From Welwitschia mirabilis (taxonomy: Eukaryota), in assembly GCA_051453625.1 (NCBI GenBank), contig JBOZIK010000001.1:14571654-14604779 (forward strand): a stretch of 33,126 nucleotides of DNA, read 5' to 3'. The first letter of the stretch is position 1, and the number at the start of each line of letters is the position of its first letter. Below, in pieces: positions 12,104-24,800 of this stretch. The notes beneath the pieces were generated by a model. That model was not told the DNA's origin. It searched no databases and saw only the letters and a list, made by a program, of their open reading frames with translations. The translations under genes were made by a program, and so were the position numbers.

Positions 12104-13518
12104 TTTAATCAAAATTCTTACAGGATGGACGAAAATGGGAGTAAAGATGATGGAAAATGAAAGGATGTAGAAGGATAAATATAGATGTATATGATAGTAA
12201 AAGATGATAATAAATAATGTAGAATGCTTTCAAAACTGATATAGAGAGAATATCAACTTAGAAGGGAATAAATATAAGAGAAATATGGTAGAAAATCTTC
12301 TTCCAATACTTAAGAATGACTTGAATGCAATTTACAAGTTTNNNNNNNNNNNNNNNNNNNNNNNNNNNNNNNNNNNNNNNNNNNNNNNNNNNNNNNNNNN
12401 NNNNNNNNNNNNNNNNNNNNNNNNNNNNNNNNNNNNNNNNNNNNNNNNNNNNNNNNNNNNNNNNNNNNNNNNNNNNNNNNNNNNNNNNNNNNNNNNNNNN
12501 NNNNNNNNNNNNNNNNNNNNNNNNNNNNNNNNNNNNNNNNNNNNNNNNNNNNNNNNNNNNNNNNNNNNNNNNNNNNNNNNNNNNNNNNNNNNNNNNNNNN
12601 NNNNNNNNNNNNNNNNNNNNNNNNNNNNNNNNNNNNNNNNNNNNNNNNNNNNNNNNNNNNNNNNNNNNNNNNNNNNNNNNNNNNNNNNNNNNNNNNNNNN
12701 AGGTGATGGAAAATGAAAGGATGTAGAAGGATAAATATGGATGTGTATGATAGTAAAAGATGACAATAAATAATGTAGAATGCTTTCAAAACTAATATAG
12801 ATAGAATATCAACTTGGAAGGGAATAAATATGAGAGAAATATGGTAGCAAATATTCTTCCAATACTTAAGAATGACTGGAATGCAATTTACAAGTATTAA
12901 AATGGCATAAATTAGGTATATCAATGTTATCATATGAGTTTTAAGATTAAGGGAGTTTTTATAGGTTTACTTGAGTTAGTTTCAGGCTCAAGACTCATCA
13001 TAACCATCAAGTATTGATATGTGATTCATGCTTAACTAAGCAAAGCTATCACATGGCACCTATAAATATCCCCTCAATCACATGTCAATAATTAATGGTT
13101 ATGTAACTTCTTAGCCTAAATCCAACTCAAGTGCACCTATAAAGATTTCCTTAATGTCAAAACTCTTATGATAACCTTAATATACCTAATTCATGTCATT
13201 TTGATGCTTGTAAATTAAATTCAAGCCATTCTTAAGTATTGAAAGAAGATTTTTGACCACATTTCTTTGATATTTCTTCCCTTCAAAGTTTATTGTCTCT
13301 CTATATTATCTTTAAAAGCCTTCTACATTATTTGCTATCATTTTTTCCTATCATACACATCCATCTTTATCCTTTTACATCCTCTTACATTTCATTTTCC
13401 ATTACTTTCTCTTCCATTTTCATTCATCCAGAGGGTGTTGCAAGGATGGTAAAGTGCATGTAAATGGATATTATAGAAGGAGGATAAGGAATCATGTCTT
13501 TTAAGAATTTGGATTGAT
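12104..13518. mobile_element. Foldback / long inverted-repeat element (MITE- or MULE-like, non-coding)
   Basis: 12701-13026 is the diverged reverse complement of 13076-about 13405, with a 49-nt spacer. The outer arm sequence at 12121 (CAGGATGGACGAAAATGG) matches 13414-13431, and 12104-12120 matches 13502-13518. ORF-track peptides 12310..12933(-) and 13267..13452(+) share LSIL.LKAFYII..H..LSYTSIFILLHP, which confirms the inversion. No TSD identified. Confidence 0.85.
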
Positions 13519-13849
13519 ATATCATAACCATAAATTATTCACATGTGATTTATGCTTAATTAAGCAAAACCATCACATGATACTACAGTGCCATTTTAAT
13601 CATGGAATTCACACTACAACATCACACATAGTTTAGAAAATAATTACCTAAACTTATAAAAGATAATTTAACTCAATTTTATCTCTTATAACTCTTATTG
13701 TCTAAAAACATCAAATTTAACTAAAAAATAACTAAGAATGTTCAAAATATAGCTCCTACAATGTAAGTTTCCAAGGTAATAATGTTCTAAAAGGCTTTGG
13801 TATCATTTAGTGTTATGAATCCAATGTTAGAATGAGTTAGAATTGTTAC

Positions 13850-16300
13850 ATCAATAAGTTGATGAGATATGATAAAGAAAAAGGAAATATGAAACATCTG
13901 TTAAGCTTATGAGCTAAAATTAGTCCTTCATGATTTGAATTTTCATCCTCAATATTAACCTTCTAATCATTAGCATTACGAATAACCTTAAAGTAGATCC
14001 TAATGCATCATTTTGAGCTTCTTGAGTGTCTAAGATCCATGTCACTTAAAAAGTATGAAAATACCTCTAGGTGCAGTATTATAATTCAAAATGTAATGCA
14101 AACATATAACTAATAATACCTTATTTTATTAAAAGTTTAAGCTTCATCACTTCCACAAAAGAATTGTCATTTTCTTCTTCGTTATATCCTTTTCACCTTC
14201 TTTCTTTTATTATAGTTTAAGAAATAGTCCATTTCATTATCACTTGTATTACCATCTTTTAGCTTACAACCTAAAAGATCCAAGGAATTTTCTAACTCAT
14301 GTTTATAAGAATTATTTATATCAAAGTTATCATTTAAGGTAAATATAAATAAATGATATTTGAAGTAGAAACTATTAAGAATAATCTTTTTTCATGATGT
14401 ATGTCTTCTTTATTTGAATCACTCTCACTATTTCATATAGTAACATGGTGCTTCTTCTTTGATTCCTTTATAGAAATCTTCTTCTTATTACTTATGCATT
14501 ATATAGTAGTTTGTCCAAAATCTCTCAAGCATAGCATTAAATACCTTTTTTTCTTTTATTTGACTTTAAATTTTTATGATGTTTCAACATAGTCATTTCT
14601 ACCCTATTCCTTTTTTTCCCTCTCCTCTTCTTATCTAAAAACATTCTATTTAACTTTGTAGTAAATAAAATAAGTTTCTAATCTAAATTTAAGTTATAAT
14701 TTAAGGAATATAATTAGAGATATCATCCCTAGACTTAAAAACTAAATTTTAATTTTCATTAAGTGCTATAATTTTTCTATTTTACTTTTATATAGATGTA
14801 TTAATTCAAAGGTGTAAATGTCACTTATCAAATCCTTTAACTTGATTTTGTTAATGTCCTTTTTGTCTTTACTTATTACTACCTTGTTTTCATATGCTTT
14901 GGGAAGAGACCTAAAGATATTTTTTGTAATTTAACTAGATGAAAGGTTTTTACCATTTTTCCATAATATATTCATAATATCTATTAATTTCTTGTTGAAT
15001 TTAGTCAAGGTCTGGATCATATTTCATCATGATTTACTCAAATTGGGTTATTAATATTTACTTGGTATTCTTTTTGATTTGATTGATGCTTTCATATTTC
15101 ACCTATAAATCATCTTAGTTTTCTTTAGTGGTAGTAGAGTTTCTTACCTTCTTATACTCCTTTAGATTTAGCTCATAATAAAATTGCATTCATGGCTTTC
15201 TTCTTAAGCATGAAACTATCCTTATCTTCATTATTTCATTTGATTCTTTATTTAACCATTGTCATCTCAACACTATTATATATTTTTACTTCTTTAAGGG
15301 TTTTGAATCTTCTTCGATGATTGTCTAATAATAAAATCTTATTTATTTAATGAACACTTGCATTTTTTATTTTCAAAACTCATAGTTATCACCACTAAAG
15401 TAAGGAATGAAATTCATTTATTTTTCTTCCATTTTTTCTACCTATTACATCATTTAAGATACACTAAAACAAGTAATACTTCTAATAATGTGCTATGATA
15501 TCAACCATTAGATATGATTATTTTAGAGGAAATGGATGAATAGGATATCTAATAAATTCTTTTTCTCATTTTACTAACATTTTATCACAACTGAAGTAAT
15601 ATTGATATAAGTAGATATAACATAATACGAACTAAGTTAGATTTAATTACTAGTAATGCTAGATTACTAATGAAAATAAAATTAACAAAGGCATGAAGGA
15701 AGAGAACAAGAAACAAGGCTATTTTATGATTATTACATGTTACACACTAACATCCAAGTAAGACCTTATGATGACATTCAATCAATAGAATTAGTATTTC
15801 ATAGTAATTCTTGGCCTTGAAATTAACTAAAATTATGTTTTCTTATTACTATGTTAATGATAATGATAGGTTAAAACAAATAAATTACAATAGAGAAGTA
15901 TATACTATGCATTTTTTTATTGTAATATAGAAAAGTGATAGATCCAAAAGTACTTTATGTGCTATAATATTTTGTTTGTAAAATAAACTATGTCTCTAGC
16001 TATTACAAATTATTATTATAAGTTATGTAACTATCAAACTAAAGGGAAATAGTCATGTAAGCCTTAAACAACTAGAAAAATGGCTAGTTTACAGATTTTA
16101 ATAGTCATTTATTATTATTATTTTTGATTCGTAAGTGATGACTAATACATTTTTTGTCTAAACCTAGTCAACTACTTAGGTGATCAACCATTGATCATAG
16201 CTAGTCAATTAATACTTAAACATTTTGAATTCTTTATATTGATAACTAATCAGGGTTGCTTGATTACTCCCGGGCAACTCATAACTGACTATTTCTAGTA
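13850..16300 (-). mobile_element. Ty1/copia Sirevirus (SIRE) 5' fragment: LTR, PBS, gag, protease
   Basis: Gag begins MEEK*MNFIPYFSGDNYEF*K (about 15432). UBN2-like KKAMNAIL..EYKKVRNSTTTKEN*DDL*VKYES..ITQFE..MM..KNIFRSLPKAY..DKKDINKIKLKDLISDIYTFE. Knuckle remnant I*CYA.. near 14530 followed by NSESDS, a second FFCG knuckle near 14160, protease remnant WILDT near 14030 and ..SHQLID near 13855. PBS remnant TGATATCATAGC at 15492-15503. The LTR end carries TAGAGGAAATGGATGAATAGG on +, a decayed form of the Sirevirus TAGAGGGGGGGTGAATAGG motif. Confidence 0.85.
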
Positions 16301-16463
16301 TTTTTTTATGTTTTTTGTATTATTTTTTCTTTCTTTTTTTCAGAGAAAAAGTTTCATATATCANNNNNNNNNNNNNNNNNNNNNNNNNNNNNNNNNNNNN
16401 NNNNNNNNNNNNNNNNNNNNNNNNNNNNNNNNNNNNNNNNNNNNNNNNNNNNNNNNNNNNNNN

Positions 16464-17500
16464 TTGCATTTTTTATTTTCAAAACTCATAGTTATCACCA
16501 CTAAAGTAAGGAATGAAATTCATTTATTTTTCTTCCATTTGTTCTACCTATTACATCATTTAAGATACACTAAAACAAGTAATACTTCTAATAATGCGCT
16601 ATGATATCAACCATTAGATATGACTATTTTAGAGGAAATGGATGAATAGGATAGCTAGTAAATTCTTTTTCTCATTTTAATAATGTTTTATCATAACTAA
16701 AGTAATATTGATATAAGTAGATATAACATAATATGAATTAAGTTAGTTTTAATTACTAGTAATGCTAGATTACTAATGAAAATAAAATTAACAAAGGCAT
16801 AAAGGAAGAGAACAAGAAATAAGGCTATTTTATGATTATTACATGTTACACAGTAACATCCAAGTAAGACCTTATGATGACATTCAATCAATACAATTAG
16901 TATTTCATATTAATTATTGGCCTAGAAATTAACTAAAATTATGTTTTCTTATTATTATGTTAATGATAATGATAGGTTAAAACAAATAAATTACAATAGA
17001 GAAGTATATGCTATGCATTTTTTTATTGTAATATAGAAAATTTATAGATCCAAAAGTACTTTATGTGCTATAATACTTTGTTTATAAAATAAACTATGTT
17101 TATAGCTATTACACATTATTATTATAAGTTATGTAACTATCAAACTAAAGAGAAATAGTCATGTAAGCGTTAAACAACTAGAAAAATGGCTAGTTTATAG
17201 ATTTTAATAGTCATCTATTTTTATTATTTTTGATTCATAAGTGATGACTAATACATTTTTTGTCTAAACCTAGTCAACTACTTGGGCAGTCAACCATTGA
17301 TCGTAACTAGTTAATTACCACTTAAACATTTTGAATTCTTTATATTGATAACTAATTAGGATTGCTTAATTACTCTTAGCTAATTAATTACTTTATCTTT
17401 CTAAATTGACTAGCTATTATAGTAAGGATGATTTTTTAAGTTTGTTTTTATTAGTCAATCTCCTATCTAGTTTTAGCCAATTGCTTACCTCTTGTAGATT
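16464..17500 (-). mobile_element. Duplicate of the SIRE gag start, PBS and 5' LTR
   Basis: 16464-about 17375 is colinear with 15357-about 16270 across a 100-N gap. PBS remnant at 16598-16609, TATA-like CTATAAAC on - near 17193-17200, repeated CTAGTCAACT-like motifs. The outer boundary is uncertain. Confidence 0.85.
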
Positions 17501-17664
17501 TATATTGCTAACTTTTCCAACTTGCTTCAATTAACTATAGACTCAATTTCACTTGGAATTCTTCAAACTTCAAGATTTATGAATTTTTAAAGTGTTTTAA
17601 TTAAATACACACATACGTTATTAATCTAATTTATAGTTTAATATATCATTAATACATAATTAAA

Positions 17665-20050
17665 AGGTGTAATAAATAATGTATTCACATTTTATAGCAT
17701 GAATGATAGCTATAAATTATAGGTTATGGCCTAGATAGTTTCAATCATGCTTATTAATCTTTCCAGATCCATAGATAATCACATGACTATCCTACGCTAA
17801 GATTTCTCTTATTCCTTTTCCACTTGCATTAGTAATAATTGTGATATTTTTCTTTATTTCTAGAATCTTTAATATAGAAGCTCTGATGAGTAGGAGTTTG
17901 ATGCAAAGAAAGGCTTCCTTACACCTATCATCCAAGTTGAAAGCAATATTTTAATTTGTCAAGTATCTGATTAATGCTAAAATCCTAGAGTATCCTTTGA
18001 TAAATCATCTATAAAATCTTGCTTAACCTAAGAAAGCTTTTATTTTAATTTTGTAATTCTAGCTAACCTTACACTACTTAACCTTATAAGGATTAATTTT
18101 AACTCTTGCATTTGATATAACATGTCTAATATAGTAGATAAGTTTGTTAAAGAATTCACAAATAATTATATGTTCAGGTATACCATGTTCTTTTAATAAC
18201 TAGAACAATTATTTTAAATGGTTCATATGATTATCTTTATTTTTTGACTATTACCTCATCCATAAGCATAATAATAAACTTATCTATGTAAGAAACAAAT
18301 ATTATTCATTAGGGTAATAAAATTCAGAGAGCATTAATAAGGCTAAAGGCAATAATCATAAAATCATAATGTTCATCTTATTCTAAAGGTTATTTTAGGA
18401 ATATCTTTTTCTTTAATCTATATTTAATGATAATCCAACTTTAAATTAGCACTTATAAAAAACTATACTTCTTACAACTAATCTTAAAGTTTTTAATTCT
18501 AGGTAACATAAACTTCTTTTTTTAATTAATGTCTTATTGTTTTTTATTGTAGGCTATATACATCATAAAGAAATCATAAATTTTCCTCATAAATAGTATT
18601 AAGAATCCCTCTGGTAATGCATTTAGTATAATTTTATCTATGTTTATCAAGTTTTTAATTTCCAATTTTAGCTTTCTTAGCTTAACACTAAAAATCTATT
18701 AGAGGTATGTGATATTAGTTAGACTCTAGGAATAAAGTTAAAGACATGTTCCATCTCTATTTTTAGTGGTACGCTATTCTTCTCTTTAAAGACCTCTGTG
18801 AATTCTTGTAGTTCTTCTAGTAATTTAATCTTACATTTTCTTTTTACTTAGGTATAAAATTATGATGATGTTCTTAATGCCTTCTTCATTTATCTCCTAT
18901 TCATGAATCAGGTTTGCTTACTAGTTTCCTCTCTCTTTAGCATCTAAACTTTGGACAAAGTAGGAATGAAAAGGGATCAATTTTAAAAAGATGATCTTAT
19001 GTAATTTTTTTTCCAAAAAGGACATTCCTAAGATTATCTCATATTTTCCCATATTAAAAATATAAAACTCACCTATAATCTATAAACTTATAATTTTTAT
19101 TATTAGATTAGTATAATATCCTAATTGAACAATTATTTCCCCTCTTATGACCTTAAATTTAGAACTTTATTGTTTAACTATTTCATTTTTAAAATTTTTG
19201 ACAAGTTTAGGAGAAATAGAACTATTTCTTGAAGAACTATCTATTAAAAATAAAAAGGTTTATGTTCTACAAGTCCTTTAATATTTTAATATAAAATTTA
19301 TTTTAATAAAACATATTTTGATGACAAAAATAGTCACTTTCCTAATTATTTCTATCCTTGCACTAGAATTGGAGCGTAATTTAAACTCATCTACTCTTTC
19401 TTATATGGGTAATTCTTTACAACACATCCTTTATTTTTAATAACAATTATATATTATGAGGGATTACCTTTGTAAGAATTATTAAGGCTATAAGAACTAT
19501 TTAAATTGAGGCTATAGAGATTGTTAATGCTATAGACCAATAATGAGTACCATGTAGATATTCATCGTAATTCATTATTCAGCTTCCATTTAGTACTTTG
19601 TTCTTTTATAAGTCTCTTAGCATGATTTGGGTTCAAAAAATAATATTAAGTTTTATAATTTTAGAACAAGAGTTTCAATTAACTCTTTAGCTAGTTTCTT
19701 GTAATTCCTATGATATTAAAACTTTACTAACTTTTGAAACTCTTTATAATGCTCATCTGGAATTTTATTTTCTAGACCTAAACATTTAAATTGCATTCAT
19801 TTATCCTTGATGAAGTGATGAAGAATGAATTATATATAACATTCTTTTGTGAATTCATTGCACTGCATTCTATCATTCCTTATTGTGCATAATCCACTTT
19901 ATTAGGTTACTACATTTTATTACTTAAAAAATAGCTTTGTATATGCTATGCTTTTTATTATTGATGTTCTTTAGTTAAAAATAAATTTTCATTCCTTGTG
20001 GAAATTCTAATGCTTCTTTATAGGGTCCAAAAATACCCACATACAAGTTG
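17665..20050 (-). mobile_element. Highly decayed Ty3/gypsy (Tekay-like chromovirus) gag-protease-RT-RNase H
   Basis: On the - strand: gag NEFTKECYI*FILHHFIKDK*MQFKCL..DEHYKEFQKLVKF (about 19720-19860); protease LIDSSSRNSSISPKLV (about 19200-19250) and YEIILGMSFL; RT QEFTEVFKE..PLKIEMEH, FITLMNNI, KAFLG*ARFYR*FIKGYS, DDRCKEAF; RNase H TNASGKGI..LA*DSHVIIYGSGKINKHD*NYLGHNL*FIAIIHAIK. Integrase is absent (truncated). Confidence 0.88.
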
Positions 20051-20694
20051 ATTTAGACCTTTATCATATATACTCTTAAAAGTACCATTCTTTGTTAGAT
20101 TAGCATCATGCCTTCCCATGCAAGCTATGAATTTGATATTTGCACTTTAGAACTTAACTATATTTCAAGATTATGTGGATTAATCCTCAATACTTTGAAT
20201 CCTTTTATTTTTTAACTTTTAATGATTCTTGGATCTTTTTTTGAAGAGATTACACATGTTGTTTCTATGATCTTTATTTTAAGACCCATAATATGGAGTT
20301 TAATTTATTAGTTTATTGATATTAAAAGCCTTAACATTGATGTAATTAGCTTGATTTTTCTAGCCAACTTCTATCATTATTTGCTTGAGGACATGAATAT
20401 AATTATTCATAGGATCTTANNNNNNNNNNNNNNNNNNNNNNNNNNNNNNNNNNNNNNNNNNNNNNNNNNNNNNNNNNNNNNNNNNNNNNNNNNNNNNNNN
20501 NNNNNNNNNNNNNNNNNNNTCTATGATCTTTACTTTAAGACTCATAATATGGATTTCAATTTATTAGTTTGTTGATGTTAAAAGCCTTAACATTCATGTA
20601 ATTGGCTTGATTTTTCTGGCCAACTTCTACCATTATTTTCTTGAGGACATGGATATAATTATTCATAGTATCTTATGTGATTTATTAAGGTACA

Positions 20695-21833
20695 TGTTAT
20701 TGATGACATAAATTGTGATCTAATGTAACCACTACTATTTTTTGTTTGTTTTTTATTAAGTTATGTTAATTAAATAAATTACCTTATTTTTTTTATAGGT
20801 TATAAGAAAACATGTCACATACATTTGTAATGGAATTTATTCCCATAATGCTAAGGTGGATTGATATACTCACCATCAATTTTAAAGGATGTAATAGACT
20901 CATTAAGATTAATAAAAGATTGAAATATCTAAAACCTCTTCAAAAAAATGAATTAAATGCTACTAGTTTAAAAGATCAATTCTTTACGCTTCATTTATGC
21001 TTAAAAAATTGATGCATGCTTAATTTTAGCTTTAAATTTAATACATGCCTAGTATGTTTTTAGCTTTTGTGTCTCTTTATGCTTTATTCTACATTATTTG
21101 ATCAAATGTATTAGAACTAGAGAAATATAAGATCACATATCATGAAGGTCTTATGGTTTATCAAACTGAAAGAATTACTTACTTAATGATAAAGGACTTA
21201 AGTCAGACCTATGAATTTTGATCAAATATGTACTATCTTTAAATATTTAAAGTTGTATTTGAGAATTCACATGTATTATTTTAATATTTAATTATATAGA
21301 TAGAAAGACTTTATTATTTGAATAAGTATCATAAAAAATGATGAATTTTTTCATTTAAAATCATTTGTAAAGAGTTTCCAAGGTTATAGATTCATAGATA
21401 TGTATCTTAGTCAAAGGACTTTGACATTTGAAAGCATTTTTTTAATGTCATTTCAACACTATAATTTTAGGTACTTATAGTGTAGACGTCTATAAACATC
21501 ATAAATATTTATAATCACCTACAAAGTTAAATTCAGAAAGACATTTACAAAAACTAAATATGGCCATTAACTATAAAAACATATTTAAAACATTAGAGAC
21601 ATCCACTATCAATTCATTAAATCTTGTGAAATATGTCTTTAGCCTTCATAAATATCTACAGATTTTATAAATGTCTTCAAAACTTAAATGCATTTACTTT
21701 CAATTCAAAAAATCTTAAAAAGGATGTCTTGAGTTTTTATAAACATTTGTTAATTATTAAGACATCTTCAAACTTCAATAATAACTATTATGTAACTAAA
21801 ATAGAATAAAATCTCAACAAGTTTCTATTGACA
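20695..21833 (+). repeat. Candidate 5' LTR region of the + strand copia
   Basis: Lies directly upstream of the PBS remnant and ends ...GACA. Weak similarity between 20711-20745 (AATTGTGATCTAATGTAACCACTACTAT) and the post-PPT sequence 25934-25965 (AATGTGGTCTAATGTGGACACACTAT). Confidence 0.35.
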
Positions 21834-21836
21834 TAT

Positions 21837-24800
21837 TGATATCAAGGAACAAGGGATAAAGATTCAAAGAAGGAATTTTTATATTCATTTCAAGTTGTTA
21901 AAGGATATTCCAAAATGTCCAATCATATTTAATAAAAGTCAAGATTTTACACATTGGTTTCAGGTAATGAAAACATTACTTGAATTAGATGGAGGCTATG
22001 ATATTTTTTAGCATGGTTCATTTGAGACTTTAAGGCTCAATGTGTTGAATAAAGAGGAGAATAATAAGATATGATTTAGAATAAAAACATGATGCATTAA
22101 TTAAGATGATCATATGAACATAAGTAACTAAATCCATTAAAACTAGAATAATTAGAAAAGAAAATTTTAAAAACTAGGGGAAATATCTCAAAAATAAATT
22201 TAGGGGCATCCTAAAGAATAATTAAATTAAATAATTAAACTACCAATTAGATTTGAGAAATATTTATATTTCAATAGGTGAGTTCGTTAAATCCTTCTAT
22301 CAAAAGAATGAATTAAGCAATTAAAAATATTAATGAGTATAATTGTGAATTCACTAGAAAATAAAAGATAGATAGGTTTGTTCAAGTACTCTATAATGAT
22401 ATTAAATATTAAAGTGTAATTATTACTTTACTTCAAACAAAAGATTTCAATTCCTTCATAGTTAATGCATTAGTTACTCACATAAGAACATTAGAAACTT
22501 TATAAAATATAGGATCTCTACAGAATCAAGTCTACTTGACAAAGTCCAAAAAGAAAAGAAAAAGGGGTAGTATCTTTGCTATAAGAAGAAGGAAAAATCA
22601 TAAAAGCCAAAAAGTGAATATTCATACCTCCAATTTTTATTAAAATCAAGAATGACAATCACATTATAGAGGTTTTTAAAAAGAAAAAGGATATTTACAA
22701 AGAGGTAAAAGATTTGATGGTTAAAGAGGGAAAGAAAATTACTTGCAAGATTATTATTAAAAGTAATATTTCAAAGAAGACATTTAATGGAAAAAAATCA
22801 TGGTGCATAAATTTCAAAAACTAGGTTATAATGAAGACAAGTGTTGGTGGAAAGTGGGTTTTTCTATTATTTCAAATGATTAGGCTTTATTAAAATCTAT
22901 TTAAAAATGTGAAACATCTACTTATTAGCTAATAATTGATAAAGAAAAGTAACTTGAAGGATAATCAATAAACTACTCAACCTTAATTTCTACAAAAATC
23001 ATTGATTCTTCTACATGGATTATTAATAGTGCATGTTAAAATTACATGACACCTAACAAACCTCTATTTTTTATGTATAAGATATTCAATTTCGGCTTTA
23101 TTAAATTTAATGATGATGCTTTTATCTAAACAGAATACATTTGAAATGTTAGGATAAATATACAAGATGAAAGATGGATCAATTTTCAGGCTATGTATTA
23201 TGTACCTAAGCTAGTAAATTCATTACTTTTAATTGGAAAAATGGTTTAAAGAGGTAATAAAATCATGTTTGATAAGAATGGTTATATCAGAAAGAAAGAT
23301 ATAGGCTTATCTAGTTCACTTCAAAGAATTTCAAAACAAATTTATACATTGGTTTCATGGAAAATGGAATATTAAGTAAAAACTTAGAACTTATGTTAAT
23401 GTCTATTATTATTAAAAATCCTTTAATTTTTTGGCACATTATATTAGGACATGTATCTTATAAGAACATTATAAATATAATAAAAGATCAAAGTTTTTTA
23501 GGCATCAAATGTTATGAAATACCTACTAGAATTTGTGAAACATGTATGAAGATCAAGAATAAGACTATTCCACATAATGCCATTATGGAGATAAAAACTA
23601 AGACATTTAAGTTTGTGCACTTGGACTTGGTTGATTTAATCAATACTTGTATAATAAAGGATCAAAATATTTTATGATTATCTTTGCTTATTTTTCCAAG
23701 TGCACTTGGTCTTTTATCCTTCACTCTAAAGATGAAGCATTATCCACTTTCAAATATTATAAAGATCATGATAAAAATTAATTGGGACAAATATAAAAGT
23801 TATTATAGGTAATAGATAGGGTGAGATTTTGTAAATGCTAACTTTAATCAATTTTGCAATGATTGTAGAATCATGAAGTGAACAAGAAGTGGATATTCTC
23901 CACAAAATAATAGGATATCTAAGAGAAAGAATGCTATAATACAATAAATGACACATTGCTTATTGATACAAAGTACATTGCCTAATTTTTATCAAGATAA
24001 GGCTATTGCTATAACCACATATCTTCTCAACTAGGTAGTTATTTATTCATGTTAAGGTAAGAATTTATATGAGCTACTTTTCAAGAAATTCCAAATTTAT
24101 CTAACTTGAAAATCTTTGGTTTTTTTTTTTTAGGTACACATACCTAATTAGTTGATATTTCAAATTGATGCCAAAAGTCAGAAGTGCATTGTTGTTGGAT
24201 ATGGTATAAAATCTTGTGGTTATAGAGGTTTTACACTCACTAGTGGAAAATATTTTATTTCTAGATATGTCAAATTTGGTGAATTAAAATTTGTATTATA
24301 GAACTTATCTCATAAAAAAGATAATGTAAATGAATCATCCATGATTTCTTAGCCATCTTTGCATCAAGGATTATTGAAGGTTATTGACTTTCTCAAATGT
24401 TAAATACAAACTTTTAGAGGATATTCATAAGGAGTAGGGCTATATATCATGTAGAATACTTAGCCTTAATTGATAAACCAAGATAACTTGAGGAAGCTAT
24501 TCAATGTTCAATTTTAAGAGAAGTAGTAAATAAGGAAATGAATTTAATACAAAAAAAAATGACACCTAAGAACTTGCAAATAAGCCAAAGGGTAAGAAAA
24601 TTGTTAGCTTTAAATGGATTTTCAAAAGAAAGATTAATTGAAAATACATTTTCTTAGGTTACCAAGCAATATTGATCATTACAATCTATAAGTAAAGGAA
24701 TAATATTTACTATTAAGAGATTTTTATGCCAAACACTAGGTTTGAAATATAGAACTCATGATTTCTTAAACTATTCATAGAGGATATTTTTTTCATTAAA

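Noticed and set aside
13797..13804. TGGTATCA on + resembling a tRNA-Met PBS
   Set aside because: Not followed by GAGC, with no LTR end before it and no + strand gag after it.
13585..13865. Possible extra gypsy protease on - (LIDV... and CDVVV*IP*LKWH)
   Set aside because: The LID fits the end of the SIRE protease (SISQLCD-like), and the second motif overlaps the hairpin repeat. Too weak to call.
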